DNA of 64,000 bases from Gammaproteobacteria bacterium. Its GTDB lineage: Bacteria > Pseudomonadota > Gammaproteobacteria > Steroidobacterales > Steroidobacteraceae. The stretch's first letter is position 1. Each line of letters starts with the position of its first letter. The notes under the pieces were generated by a model. That model saw nothing but the letters and a program-made list of their open reading frames with translations, searched no databases and was not told the DNA's origin. The stretch covers positions 26,983 through 90,982 of the forward strand of contig JBEPVT010000011.1 in NCBI GenBank assembly GCA_041690895.1, written 5' to 3'. Shown here piece by piece: positions 20,231 to 31,011 of this stretch. The position numbers and the translations under genes were made by a program.

Positions 20231-20545
20231 CTAGCGCGCTTTGAGGACATCCTCGGCGTGGTGATCGCAGTGCTTTTCTTTGTGCTTCTTGACGCAGCGG
20301 TCGAGCTTGTCGGCGAGCGCGTCAATGGAGGCATACATGTTCTCTTCGGTTGCATCGGCGTAGATCTTGTTGCCGCGCACCATTAGCGTGGCTTCGGCCT
20401 TGTGAGACATTTTTTCGACCGTGAGCACGCAGTGGACGTCAATCAGCTGCTCGAAATGCCGGGAGATTCGCTCGAATTTCTTAAGAACATAGCCGCGCAG
20501 CGCGGCGGTGACTTCCACATGATGACCGCTGAGATCCAATTGCAT
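20231..20545 (-). CDS. hpf: ribosome hibernation promoting factor (short HPF)
   Basis: MQLDLSGHHVEVTAALRGYVLKKF..., 104 aa, immediately downstream of rpoN. Confidence 0.9.
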   Translation of the reverse strand: MQLDLSGHHVEVTAALRGYVLKKFERISRHFEQLIDVHCVLTVEKMSHKAEATLMVRGNKIYADATEENMYASIDALADKLDRCVKKHKEKHCDHHAEDVLKAR

Positions 20546-20562
20546 GTTTTCCTCCTTTCACT

Positions 20563-22032
20563 TTAAGATGCGCGGGCAGCCGCTCGCTTCCGTTCGTTAG
20601 ACGGGGCGATCTGCATGCCCTCGCGGTACTTGGCAACCGTGCGTCTGGCCACCGGTATGCCTTCTTGCGAGAGAATTTCCGCGAGCTTGGCATCGCTCAA
20701 CGGATAATCCAGATTCTCTTGAGAAATCAGTTTCTTGATCTTGGCGCGAATGGCGATCGACGACATTTCGGTGCCGTCGGCCGCCTCCACATGGCTTGAA
20801 AAGAAATAGCGGAATTCGAACACGCCGCGCGGCGTGTGCATGTATTTCGCGGTGGTGACGCGTGAAATGGTCGACTCGTGCATCTCCACGGCCTCGGCCA
20901 CATCTTTCAAGATCAGCGGCTCCATGGCTTCCTCGCCGATCTCGAAGAAGCTCGTTTGGCGCTGCACGATGCAGCGCGCCACCTTCACCAGCGTTTCGTT
21001 GCGAATCTCCAGGCTGCGCATCAGCCAGCGTGCCTCCTGCAGCTGAGTGCGCAGCATGGCATGATCCGGCGCGCGCGATATCAAATTGGCGTAGCTCTGA
21101 TTGACGCGCACCTTGGGCACGGTCGCTTGGTTGATTTCGACCGTCCAGCCGTGATCGGTGCGGCGCACGAACACATCCGGGATCACGTATTGCGCCTGAG
21201 TCGGATTGACCGCAGCGCCGGGCCGAGGATGGCAGGAGCGCACCAGCGCCAACGCCATTTCCAAATCGCTCTCGCTGCAGCGCAGCTGCCTGCGCAGCAG
21301 CGCCAGTTGCTGGCTGGCGACCAAATCCAAGTGCTCGAGCGCGACCCGAATCGCGACATCCCGCGCCGGGGTTTGCGGATCGAGTTGTCTGAGCTGCAGC
21401 GCAATACACTCCGCCAGACTGCGCGCGCCGACGCCGGCCGGCTCCAGAGACTGCACGATGCTGAGCACACGCTCGACATCGGCGGCGTCGGCTTCGATCT
21501 CCGGCAGCAAGCTCAAGCGCACGTCCTCGAGCGAGTCCTTCAGGTAGCCGTCATCGGTTATCGCATCGGAGATGACGCGGGCGATCGCCATGTCGATCGG
21601 GGTCAGCTTGGCCAGTTCCAGCTGTTCGATCAGCTGCTCTTGCAGAGTCTGGCCGTGCTGATCGCTGAAATCGCTGCTGCGATCATCATCGCCGGAATAA
21701 TTTCGCTCGGAGGGCCCGCTGGTCTGTTCGCCCCAGGCTTCATCCGCGATTTCCACCTCCGGGATTTCGCGCTGATCCACAGGCGTGCTGATGCCGTCCA
21801 ATTCTGCGTACTTCTCATCGAGGCGAACCGGCAATTCTTCGCGCTCGCGCGCCGCATCCGGCGCCTCCAGGGTTTCGTCCTCCCCCTCGAGCATGACATT
21901 GGTTTCGAGAGTCTGGCGGACGTGCGCCTGCAAGTCGAGCGACGGCAGCTGCAGCAGTCGAATCGCTTGCTGCAGCTGCGGCGTCATGGTCAGCTGTTGA
22001 CCGATGCGAAGCTGCAGGCTTGGCTTCAACAT
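20563..22032 (-). CDS. rpoN: RNA polymerase sigma-54 factor
   Basis: MLKPSLQLRIGQQLTMTPQLQQAIRLLQL N-terminus and the RpoN box ARRTVAKYRE near the C-terminus. Confidence 0.97.
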   Translation of the reverse strand: MLKPSLQLRIGQQLTMTPQLQQAIRLLQLPSLDLQAHVRQTLETNVMLEGEDETLEAPDAAREREELPVRLDEKYAELDGISTPVDQREIPEVEIADEAWGEQTSGPSERNYSGDDDRSSDFSDQHGQTLQEQLIEQLELAKLTPIDMAIARVISDAITDDGYLKDSLEDVRLSLLPEIEADAADVERVLSIVQSLEPAGVGARSLAECIALQLRQLDPQTPARDVAIRVALEHLDLVASQQLALLRRQLRCSESDLEMALALVRSCHPRPGAAVNPTQAQYVIPDVFVRRTDHGWTVEINQATVPKVRVNQSYANLISRAPDHAMLRTQLQEARWLMRSLEIRNETLVKVARCIVQRQTSFFEIGEEAMEPLILKDVAEAVEMHESTISRVTTAKYMHTPRGVFEFRYFFSSHVEAADGTEMSSIAIRAKIKKLISQENLDYPLSDAKLAEILSQEGIPVARRTVAKYREGMQIAPSNERKRAAARAS

Positions 22033-22053
22033 ATTTCTTTCAGAACCTAAACC

Positions 22054-22779
22054 TTATAGTTTGAAATCCTGTCCCAAGTACACCTCACGAACCTGCGGGT
22101 TGGCAAGAATCTGATCCGCAGATCCAGAGGCGAGGACGCTTCCTTGACTGACGATATAGGCTCTGCCGCAAATACCCAAGGTCTCCCGCACATTATGATC
22201 CGTAATCAGTACTCCTATGCCCTTGTCGGACAAGTGCTTGATTATTCGTTGTATATCAGCAACGGAGAGCGGATCGACACCTGCAAATGGTTCATCCAGC
22301 AGCATAAATCGGGGGTCGGCGGCCAGCGCCCGGGCAATTTCGACGCGCCGGCGCTCCCCGCCCGAGAGGCTCATCCCCAAGCTGTCGCGTACATGGCCGA
22401 TATGCAACTCGCCCAACAGCTCCTTCAGGCGGGCGGCGCGGCCGGCATCATCGAGTCCTGGGCGGGTCTCCAAAATCGCCATGATGTTGTCGGCCACAGA
22501 CAGCTTGCGGAATACCGACGGTTCCTGAGGTAGGTAGCCCAAGCCCAGCTGGGCGCGGCGATGCATGGGTAGGCGGCTGATATCCTTATTGTCCAAATAA
22601 ATTTCGCCGTGCTCGCATCGGGCCAGCCCCACGATCATGTAGAACGCCGTGGTCTTGCCGGCGCCATTGGGACCCAACAGGCCAACCACTTCACCGCTTT
22701 CGACCTCCAAGGACAAATTTCGCAGCACCTGCCGTGACTTGTAGCTTTTGGCAAGATCCAAAGCCCGCAATACGCTCAT
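22054..22779 (-). CDS. lptB: LPS export ABC transporter ATP-binding protein
   Basis: GPNGAGKTT Walker [14 protein letters not shown] signature, 241 aa, located upstream of rpoN. Confidence 0.95.
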   Translation of the reverse strand: MSVLRALDLAKSYKSRQVLRNLSLEVESGEVVGLLGPNGAGKTTAFYMIVGLARCEHGEIYLDNKDISRLPMHRRAQLGLGYLPQEPSVFRKLSVADNIMAILETRPGLDDAGRAARLKELLGELHIGHVRDSLGMSLSGGERRRVEIARALAADPRFMLLDEPFAGVDPLSVADIQRIIKHLSDKGIGVLITDHNVRETLGICGRAYIVSQGSVLASGSADQILANPQVREVYLGQDFKL

Positions 22780-23423
22780 GGATCAGGCTTAGGCGGCGCG
22801 GGCGCGGTTTTGGGGGGCGGCGGCGTGATCGTAATGCGGACGCGCTGCGAATTCTGTTCAGCTTCCTCGGCAACCACCTTTTGTCCGATGACATCGTATT
22901 TCAGCGCTTGTCCGCGGATTTCATTGTCGCCATTGCTCAGGTAGGCGTTCTTCGAGAACCGCACCACGTGCTTTGCTGCATCGTAGTCGATGCTCTGCGC
23001 GCTGCCTTTGGCGAGCTTGCCGCTCTTTGCCAGCGTTTGCTCGAATGAGGCTGGTTTACCATTGACGAGTGCCTTGCTCAGCAAGCTGTTGACGAAGGTG
23101 ATCTGTGCATCGTCGGAGAACAGCTGACCTTGATCGATCGTGACTTTGACGTTGCCGTGAAAATTCCAAACGTTGTTTTCGAAATACAAATCCGCCGAGC
23201 GCTGCTGGCTGGCCTGGCCCTGATCGGCGGTAATTGACATAGTCCCTTGAGAGATTCGAATCTTGCTGAAGACCGCGCTGTTGGTCTTAAGATCGATTGA
23301 GGTCGATTGCGCGTCGAGCAATATCGGCACTCGGGCGTCGCGCGCGGGCGCGGCGTTCGTCTGGCCGAGCGGCGCAAGCAGCGCGACCAAGGCAAGAGAT
23401 TTACGGAGGCAGGAAGCGACCAT
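22776..23423 (-). CDS. lptA: LPS transport periplasmic protein LptA
   Basis: Signal peptide, OstA-like beta-jellyroll repeats, Pro-rich tail. ATGA overlap with lptB. Confidence 0.88.
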   Translation of the reverse strand: MVASCLRKSLALVALLAPLGQTNAAPARDARVPILLDAQSTSIDLKTNSAVFSKIRISQGTMSITADQGQASQQRSADLYFENNVWNFHGNVKVTIDQGQLFSDDAQITFVNSLLSKALVNGKPASFEQTLAKSGKLAKGSAQSIDYDAAKHVVRFSKNAYLSNGDNEIRGQALKYDVIGQKVVAEEAEQNSQRVRITITPPPPKTAPAPPKPDP

Positions 23424-23961
23424 TGACTTTCGATTCTAGGCGCATCGTGCGCTCTTTCAAATTCGCACTCAGGCCGCGCGCGGTGAGGACGTGGCCGCCG
23501 TAATCGATGCGCACATCGCTTTTGGTGCTGGCAATGCCTTCAGGAACGTTGTAGCTCAACAGGTCGGTGCGAATCACGGCGGTGCCCGGCGTGCCTGGAT
23601 TCTCGCCTTGCAGGCGCACGTTGCCCGAGACATCGATGATCTTGCCGCCGGGCTGAACGTGAGCGCTGTCGCCGAACAGCACCCAAGCCTGCCCGCCGGG
23701 GGCATCATAGTTGACGCGAACGTTGTACAGCGAGACTTCGTTGCCGTGGTCAATTTGATCGATGCGTTCGGCCTCGATGCGAAGGCTGGGCGCGCCCGCG
23801 GCGTCGTAGTCGGTGAGAATGGCGTTTTTTAGATAGTAGCCTGGCAAGTCCGGCTGCCTGCCGCCGACCTGCACGGATGGGCGATGGCTCGGTGAGCTCG
23901 AATACCAGGTGATGATCACCAGTGCCGCGACCGCGAGCACGGTGAATACGCGAAAAAACAT
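23401..23961 (-). CDS. lptC: LPS export system protein LptC
   Basis: ATG 23961 gives MFFRVFTVLAVAALVIITW (single TM anchor) plus an LptC fold-length body. The 24150 ORF start is an Arg/Gly-rich extension inside kdsC. Confidence 0.85.
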   Translation of the reverse strand: MFFRVFTVLAVAALVIITWYSSSPSHRPSVQVGGRQPDLPGYYLKNAILTDYDAAGAPSLRIEAERIDQIDHGNEVSLYNVRVNYDAPGGQAWVLFGDSAHVQPGGKIIDVSGNVRLQGENPGTPGTAVIRTDLLSYNVPEGIASTKSDVRIDYGGHVLTARGLSANLKERTMRLESKVNGRFLPP

Positions 23962-24464
23962 TAAGCGCTCCCGGCGCGGGCGCGCAGAATGGCATCGCAC
24001 AGCTCGCGTACGGCGCCCAAACCTCCCGGCGCGCGCGCAACCCAATGCGCAGCGGACAGCACCACGGGATGCGCATCCGCAACCGCCGCCGCCATCCCGA
24101 CCGCGGCCATCAACGGCAGATCGGGCGTGTCGTCCACGATGCAAGCGCAATGCAACGGATTTACCTTTAGGCGCTTCGCAAGGCGTTGCAGCGCAAGCAA
24201 CTTATCGCCGCAGCCTTGGACCACGCTCGGCACGCGCAGTTCGCGCAAGCGGGTCGCAGCAGCCGCAGAGCGCCGGCCGCTGAAGACCGCGACGTGCACG
24301 CCCGCAGCCATGAGCAGCTTGATGCCGTGTCCGTCGCGAACATGAAATACCTTGAGTGCTTCGCGCTTGGCGCCGAAATACAGCCGCCCATCCGTCAGCA
24401 CGCCGTCAACATCCAAAACCAGCAGCTGGATCATTGCAAGCGGCGTGGCTGCGCGTGCTTTCAA
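23961..24464 (-). CDS. kdsC: 3-deoxy-D-manno-octulosonate-8-phosphate phosphatase
   Basis: HAD motif LLVLDVDGVLTDGRLYF. TTG 24464 overlaps the kdsD stop; ATG 24434 is the alternative start. Confidence 0.9.
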   Translation of the reverse strand: MKARAATPLAMIQLLVLDVDGVLTDGRLYFGAKREALKVFHVRDGHGIKLLMAAGVHVAVFSGRRSAAAATRLRELRVPSVVQGCGDKLLALQRLAKRLKVNPLHCACIVDDTPDLPLMAAVGMAAAVADAHPVVLSAAHWVARAPGGLGAVRELCDAILRARAGSA

Positions 24465-25441
24465 AATACGCCCGCGCGCAATAAGTCATGCACATTGAGC
24501 GCGCCGACCAGCTTGCGCTCATCGTCGAGCACAATCAGTGAAGTAATGCGGTGAGTCTCCATCAAGTGCACGGCCTCCGCGGCGAGCGTCGTCGGACGCA
24601 CGGACTTCGGTCCCACCGTCATCACTTCGTCCATGCGCGTGGCACGCAAATCCGCGGCGCGATCCAGGGCGCGGCGCAAATCGCCGTCAGTGAACACCCC
24701 GAGCACCTGCATGGAGTCATCGACAATGGCCGTCATGCCAAGCCCTTTGGAGGTCACTTCCATCAAGCCCTCGGCGAGAGTCGTGTCCACTCCGACCGTC
24801 CGCAGCAGTGCGCCCCAGCGCATGACGTCCGTCACGTTCAGCAGGCGGCGTCCCCACCTGCCCGCCCGCTGCGAGCGCGGCAAGTCCGCCACGGGGAAGC
24901 CCCCCCCGTTCAGCAGCGCGACCGCCATGGCATCGCCTACGCCCAACGCCGCGGTCGTGCTGGCCGTGGGCGCCAAATTCAAGGGGCAGGCCTCGGCCGG
25001 CACGCTGATGTCCAAATGAACGGTGGCGATGCGCGCCAGCGTCGATCTTAAGTTTCCCGTGAAGGCAATCAAGGGCACGCCGAGCCGTTTGATCACGGGC
25101 AGGATGGTAAGTATTTCAGCGGTTTCCCCTGAGTTCGACAGGGCCAGCACAGCATCGTCGCGTGTGATCATGCCGATGTCGCCATGACTGGCCTCGCCGG
25201 GATGCACGAAGAACGACGGGGTACCGGTGCTCGCGAGCGTCGCGGCGATCTTTCCGCTGATGTGGCCGGACTTGCCCATGCCCGTTACCACGATTCGGCC
25301 CCGGCAGTTAAGACAAATCCGGCAGGCGCGTGCAAAATCCGTCCCGAGACGCGGCAACTGCGCGCGCAGACCGTCGATCTCGATGCTGAGCGCCTGGCGG
25401 CCGAGCTCGACCAGGGCCTCGTCGGTGTAGTCGCAATTCAT
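24461..25441 (-). CDS. kdsD: arabinose-5-phosphate isomerase (SIS + tandem CBS)
   Basis: GRIVVTGMGKSGHI SIS motif and C-terminal CBS pair ending HDLLRAGVF. See the finding on the atypical linker motif. Confidence 0.9.
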   Translation of the reverse strand: MNCDYTDEALVELGRQALSIEIDGLRAQLPRLGTDFARACRICLNCRGRIVVTGMGKSGHISGKIAATLASTGTPSFFVHPGEASHGDIGMITRDDAVLALSNSGETAEILTILPVIKRLGVPLIAFTGNLRSTLARIATVHLDISVPAEACPLNLAPTASTTAALGVGDAMAVALLNGGGFPVADLPRSQRAGRWGRRLLNVTDVMRWGALLRTVGVDTTLAEGLMEVTSKGLGMTAIVDDSMQVLGVFTDGDLRRALDRAADLRATRMDEVMTVGPKSVRPTTLAAEAVHLMETHRITSLIVLDDERKLVGALNVHDLLRAGVF

Positions 25442-25486
25442 CTGTGAATAATACAGGTAAGCTTGCGTAAATTTTTAGGAGACGGC

Positions 25487-26981
<1,495 letters not shown>

Positions 26982-26984
26982 TAC

Positions 26985-28163
26985 CTAGCGTTGTTGGACA
27001 GGCCGGGTGGGGCGCTCCAACACGGTCAATCTGATCTTGTAGGCTTGCCGCGCATGGCGGCCTTCGAGCTCCACGTCGGCGCCGGGCTTCAGCGAGGAGA
27101 CGCGGGCCACCAGGTCTTGCGCGTTGTGCACAGCCTCGCCGCCCAAGCCGGTGACCAGATCGCCGGGCCGCATTCCGGCCTCGTAAGCCTGACTCTTGAC
27201 CATGATGTTCACCACCGTGACGCCGCCGCCCGCGGTGCCGATCTGCGCGGACTGCTCCTCGCTCAAGTCCTGCGGCACGAAGCCTAGCCAACCGCGCACC
27301 ACATGGCCGTTCAAGAGGATTTGTTCCATCACGCCGCGCACCATATTGACGGGGATCGCAAAGCCGATCCCCTCAGGTCCTCCGTAAGTGCGATTGAGCA
27401 CGGCCGTGTTGATGCCGACCAAATCACCATGCGCATCGATGAGCGCGCCGCCGGAGTTGCCGAGATTGATGGCCGCGTCCGTTTGGATGAAATTCTCAAA
27501 CGTCGCCAGACCAAGTTGACCGCGCCCGGTGGCGCTGACGATACCTTGCGTTACCGTCTGACCCACACCGTAGGGGTTGCCGATCGCGAGCACGATATCT
27601 CCGACCCGCAGAGTGTCGGACCGGCCTAGCGGCATGATGGGCAAGTTGCCGATCTCAAGCTCCAAGATGGCGATATCGGTGTCAGGATCTTGGCCAACGA
27701 TGGTGGCATCGGCGACGCGCCCATCAGCGAGCTGCACCCGAATCGATTCGGCGCCGGCGATGACATGCTGATTCGTTACGATGGTGCCCTTCGCATCGAC
27801 GATCACACCCGAGCCCAAGCTGCGTTCCAGACGTTGACGATAGCTGGGCCAGTAATCACCGAACAATTGATTCAAGGGCGCGGCTTGAGTGCGCTCACGC
27901 ACCACCCGCGCAGTGTAAATATTGACCACTGCCGGTGCCGTGCGCGCAACGGCGTCCGCGAAGCTTTGCATGACCAGCGTCGGGACGGGCGAGGTGACGG
28001 TCGCAGCCGGGCTCGCCGGGGACGGGCTCGCCGCGGACGGAATCGAGGCGGTGGTGTGCGCGCCCAACAGCGTCGGGTTCCACCAAACCACGAGAAATGC
28101 TATGGCCAGGCCGACCACGACCGCTCTGGCCAAAAAACTCACGAGGATGCGAGTGTTCTGCAA
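26985..28163 (-). CDS. S1C serine endoprotease, DegS/AlgW type (one PDZ domain)
   Basis: N-terminal TM anchor; catalytic H (TNQHVIAGA), D, and GNSGGAL serine; single C-terminal PDZ; 392 aa. Confidence 0.88.
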   Translation of the reverse strand: MQNTRILVSFLARAVVVGLAIAFLVVWWNPTLLGAHTTASIPSAASPSPASPAATVTSPVPTLVMQSFADAVARTAPAVVNIYTARVVRERTQAAPLNQLFGDYWPSYRQRLERSLGSGVIVDAKGTIVTNQHVIAGAESIRVQLADGRVADATIVGQDPDTDIAILELEIGNLPIMPLGRSDTLRVGDIVLAIGNPYGVGQTVTQGIVSATGRGQLGLATFENFIQTDAAINLGNSGGALIDAHGDLVGINTAVLNRTYGGPEGIGFAIPVNMVRGVMEQILLNGHVVRGWLGFVPQDLSEEQSAQIGTAGGGVTVVNIMVKSQAYEAGMRPGDLVTGLGGEAVHNAQDLVARVSSLKPGADVELEGRHARQAYKIRLTVLERPTRPVQQR

Positions 28164-28183
28164 TTAATATAGCTCCTCGAGCC

Positions 28184-28213
28184 TTAAGGGGTGGCTGCGT
28201 AACTGTGTATAAT
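28184..28213 (+). promoter_or_regulatory. candidate sigma-70 promoter for petABC (TTAAGG-18-TATAAT)
   Basis: Perfect TATAAT at 28208-28213 in an intergenic region, 82 nt before the petA ATG. A weak -35 TTAAGG lies at 28184-28189. Confidence 0.35.
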
Positions 28214-28294
28214 GCGCTCGCAATATTCTTTGGGAAACACTGACGCCATAGGGGTTTGCGTGAAGATTTGTCAACTATTTCCGAGGCCGGACGC

Positions 28295-28918
28295 ATGAGT
28301 GAAGACGTAGACCACAGCCGTCGCCGCTTACTGACCGCCGCTACAGTCGGCACAGGCGTGATCGGTGCCGCGTTCGCGGCAATACCCTTCATCGCGTCAT
28401 GGAAGCCCAGCGCCCGCGCCAAGGCCTTGGGCGCTCCTGTCGAAGTCGATGCATCGAAACTCGAATCCGGCCAAATGCTGAAAGTCGTGTGGCGAGGACA
28501 AGCGGTTTTCGTGGTACGCCGTGCCAAGGCGGTGGTCGATCAATTGGGCGGTCACGACGACATGTTGGCGGACCCTAAGTCCGATGATTCCGTGCAACCC
28601 GACTACATCAAAGCGACCGGCGCCACACGCGCGCGAAATCCCGAATACTGGGTCGGCCTCGCCGTGTGCACGCACTTGGGTTGTTCGCCCTTGGGAGCGT
28701 TCTTGCCCAATGATTCGTTCCAAGTTGCGGGTGCCGACTTGGGGGCAAACTGGCCGGGAGGCTTTTATTGTCCCTGCCACGGTTCGAAATACGACCTGTC
28801 GGGCCGCGTCTTCAAGAGCATGCCGGCGCCGAAGAATCTGACTGTGCCGCCGTACGCAATTGCCGCGAACACGCGCATTGTCATCGGCGTCGATGACGCT
28901 TCCAAACCCGTTTCGTAA
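28295..28918 (+). CDS. petA: ubiquinol-cytochrome c reductase Rieske iron-sulfur subunit
   Basis: Tat motif SRRRLLTAA and Rieske boxes CTHLGCSP / CPCHGSKYD. ATG at 28295. Confidence 0.95.
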   Translation: MSEDVDHSRRRLLTAATVGTGVIGAAFAAIPFIASWKPSARAKALGAPVEVDASKLESGQMLKVVWRGQAVFVVRRAKAVVDQLGGHDDMLADPKSDDSVQPDYIKATGATRARNPEYWVGLAVCTHLGCSPLGAFLPNDSFQVAGADLGANWPGGFYCPCHGSKYDLSGRVFKSMPAPKNLTVPPYAIAANTRIVIGVDDASKPVS

Positions 28919-28933
28919 AGCAAGAGGTAAGCG

Positions 28934-30193
28934 ATGGCCGCAGCACCCGAGACCGCCGGCACCGGCAAAGGATTGATTGGCTGGATCGATCAGCGATTTC
29001 CGCTGACGAAATTGTGGAAAGAACAGGCGGCCGAGTACTACGCACCGAAGAATTTTAATTTCTGGTATTACTTCGGCGTGCTCTCGCTGCTGGTGCTCGT
29101 CAACCAACTGGTGACGGGCATTTTCCTGACGATGAGCTATAAGCCGTCCGCCGCCGAAGCTTTCGCGTCGATTGAATACATCATGCGGGATGTGGAATGG
29201 GGCTGGCTGATCCGCTACATGCACACGACCGGCGCATCGGCGTTCTTCATCGTGATTTATCTGCACATGTTCCGCGCGCTCTTGTATGGCTCGGCTCGCA
29301 AGCCGCGCGAGCTCATTTGGATCTTCGGGTGCTTGATCTATGTGTTGCTGATGGCTGAAGCATTCATGGGCTATGTGCTGCCCTGGGGCAACATGAGCTA
29401 TTGGGGCGCACAAGTCATCGTCTCGTTGTTCAGCAGCCTGCCGGTGATCGGCGGAACGCTGGTCGAATGGATTCGCGGCGACTACAACATTGCGGATCCC
29501 ACCCTGAACCGGTTCTTTGCCTTGCACGTTGCGGCGCTGCCGCTCGCTTTGGTTTTTCTGGTCGTGGCGCATCTCATGGCGCTGCATGAGGTGGGATCGA
29601 ACAACCCCGACGGCATCGAGATCAAGAAATACAAGGATTCCGATGGCCATCCGCTCGACGGCATTCCTTTCCACCCCTACTACACGGTGAAGGACCTGGC
29701 GGGTGTTGCGGTATTCCTGCTGTTGTTTGCGGGCGTGATTTTTTTCGCGCCGAATTTCTTCGGATTGTTTTTGGAAGGACCTAATTTCGAGCCGGCCAAC
29801 CCCTTGCAAACCCCGCCCGACATCACGCCGGTATGGTATTTCACCCCCTTCTACGCCATGTTGCGCGCCATCCCTTCCGCTTTCGGCACGCAGGTGTGGG
29901 GGGTCATGGTGATGGGCGCGGCGGTCTTCGTGTTGTTTTTCGTACCGTGGCTGGATCGATCGCCGGTGCGTTCGATCCGCTACAAGGGTCCTATTTACAA
30001 AGTGATGCTGGCGCTGTTTTCGGTGGCGTTTGTCTCTTTGGCGGTCTGCGGCATGAAACCTCCATCCGGAATCTATCCGATTCTTTCGCGAATCTGCACC
30101 GCCATTTATTTTGCATTCTTTTTGTTAATGCCCTGGTACACAAAGATCGACCGGGTGAAGCCGGTGCCGGAAAGGGTTACGGGACATGCTTAA
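28934..30193 (+). CDS. petB: cytochrome b
   Basis: 419 aa. Contains NFWYYFG and WLIRYMHTTGASAFF, with conserved His ligands. Confidence 0.96.
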   Translation: MAAAPETAGTGKGLIGWIDQRFPLTKLWKEQAAEYYAPKNFNFWYYFGVLSLLVLVNQLVTGIFLTMSYKPSAAEAFASIEYIMRDVEWGWLIRYMHTTGASAFFIVIYLHMFRALLYGSARKPRELIWIFGCLIYVLLMAEAFMGYVLPWGNMSYWGAQVIVSLFSSLPVIGGTLVEWIRGDYNIADPTLNRFFALHVAALPLALVFLVVAHLMALHEVGSNNPDGIEIKKYKDSDGHPLDGIPFHPYYTVKDLAGVAVFLLLFAGVIFFAPNFFGLFLEGPNFEPANPLQTPPDITPVWYFTPFYAMLRAIPSAFGTQVWGVMVMGAAVFVLFFVPWLDRSPVRSIRYKGPIYKVMLALFSVAFVSLAVCGMKPPSGIYPILSRICTAIYFAFFLLMPWYTKIDRVKPVPERVTGHA

Positions 30194-30926
30194 AGCCAGC
30201 GTTTTAGTCACCATTGGTCTTCTTTGCGCCGGCACTGCGCTGGCCGCGGAAGGGGAAATCCCGCTGCTCGAGGCGGGCACCGACATTAACAACACAGAGT
30301 CCCTGGAGCGCGGCGCACGTAATTTCATGAACGATTGTTCGGGCTGCCATTCGCTCAAGTATCTGCGTTACAACCGCATGGCAACGGACCTTAAGATCCC
30401 GGAAGCAGACCTTGCCGGCAACCTGATCTTTACGGCGGCCAAGAGTTTCGAGGAAATCAACACCGGGATGCCGGCGGATGCAACCGACTGGTTCGGCAAG
30501 CAGCCGCCTGACCTGACATTGATGGCCCGAGAGCGCGGCACCAACTACTTGTATTCGTATTTGCATGGCTTCTACGCCGACAAGACGCGGCCTTGGGGCG
30601 TCAATAATTTATACCTGCCCGGCACGGCGATGCCGCATATCCTGTACTACCGGCAGGGATTGCAGAAGCCCGCGTACAAAAATGAAAAGGACCCTCACGG
30701 CAACGCCAAAATGGTCCTGGCGGGAGTCGAGCCAATGATCCCGGGTTCCATGAAGCCGGAGGAGTATGATCAATACGTTCGCGACATCGTTAACTTCCTG
30801 GACTATGCCGCTGAACCCATCAAGGGAAAGCGCGAGTCGATGGGCATCTTTGTGATGCTGTTCCTACTGGTGTTCTTTGTGTTCGCGTATTTGCTGAAGA
30901 AAGAATATTGGAAGGACGTCCACTGA
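30186..30926 (+). CDS. petC: cytochrome c1
   Basis: Signal peptide, CSGCHS heme motif, PPDLTL, C-terminal TM anchor. 8-nt overlap with petB. Confidence 0.93.
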   Translation: MLKASVLVTIGLLCAGTALAAEGEIPLLEAGTDINNTESLERGARNFMNDCSGCHSLKYLRYNRMATDLKIPEADLAGNLIFTAAKSFEEINTGMPADATDWFGKQPPDLTLMARERGTNYLYSYLHGFYADKTRPWGVNNLYLPGTAMPHILYYRQGLQKPAYKNEKDPHGNAKMVLAGVEPMIPGSMKPEEYDQYVRDIVNFLDYAAEPIKGKRESMGIFVMLFLLVFFVFAYLLKKEYWKDVH

Positions 30927-31011
30927 CTTTAGCGGGGCCGTCCGCGTTGAGAATTTAGGAGCCCCGCGGCTCACGTGGAATACTCAGACAGGCTCCTAGG
31001 AGGTCCGGTTA

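Noticed and set aside
20878-22050. 390-aa plus-strand ORF antisense to rpoN. There are similar long shadow ORFs at 19373-20386 (antisense rapZ), 25734-26909 (antisense murA), 28397-29809 (antisense petA/petB), 56963-58375 (antisense secA) and 10453-11319 (antisense tkt).
   Set aside because: Each lies fully inside a confidently identified gene on the other strand. The translations are Arg/Ala/Gly/His/Leu-rich and low in complexity, with no recognisable motifs. This is the usual stop-codon-poor antisense frame of high-GC DNA.
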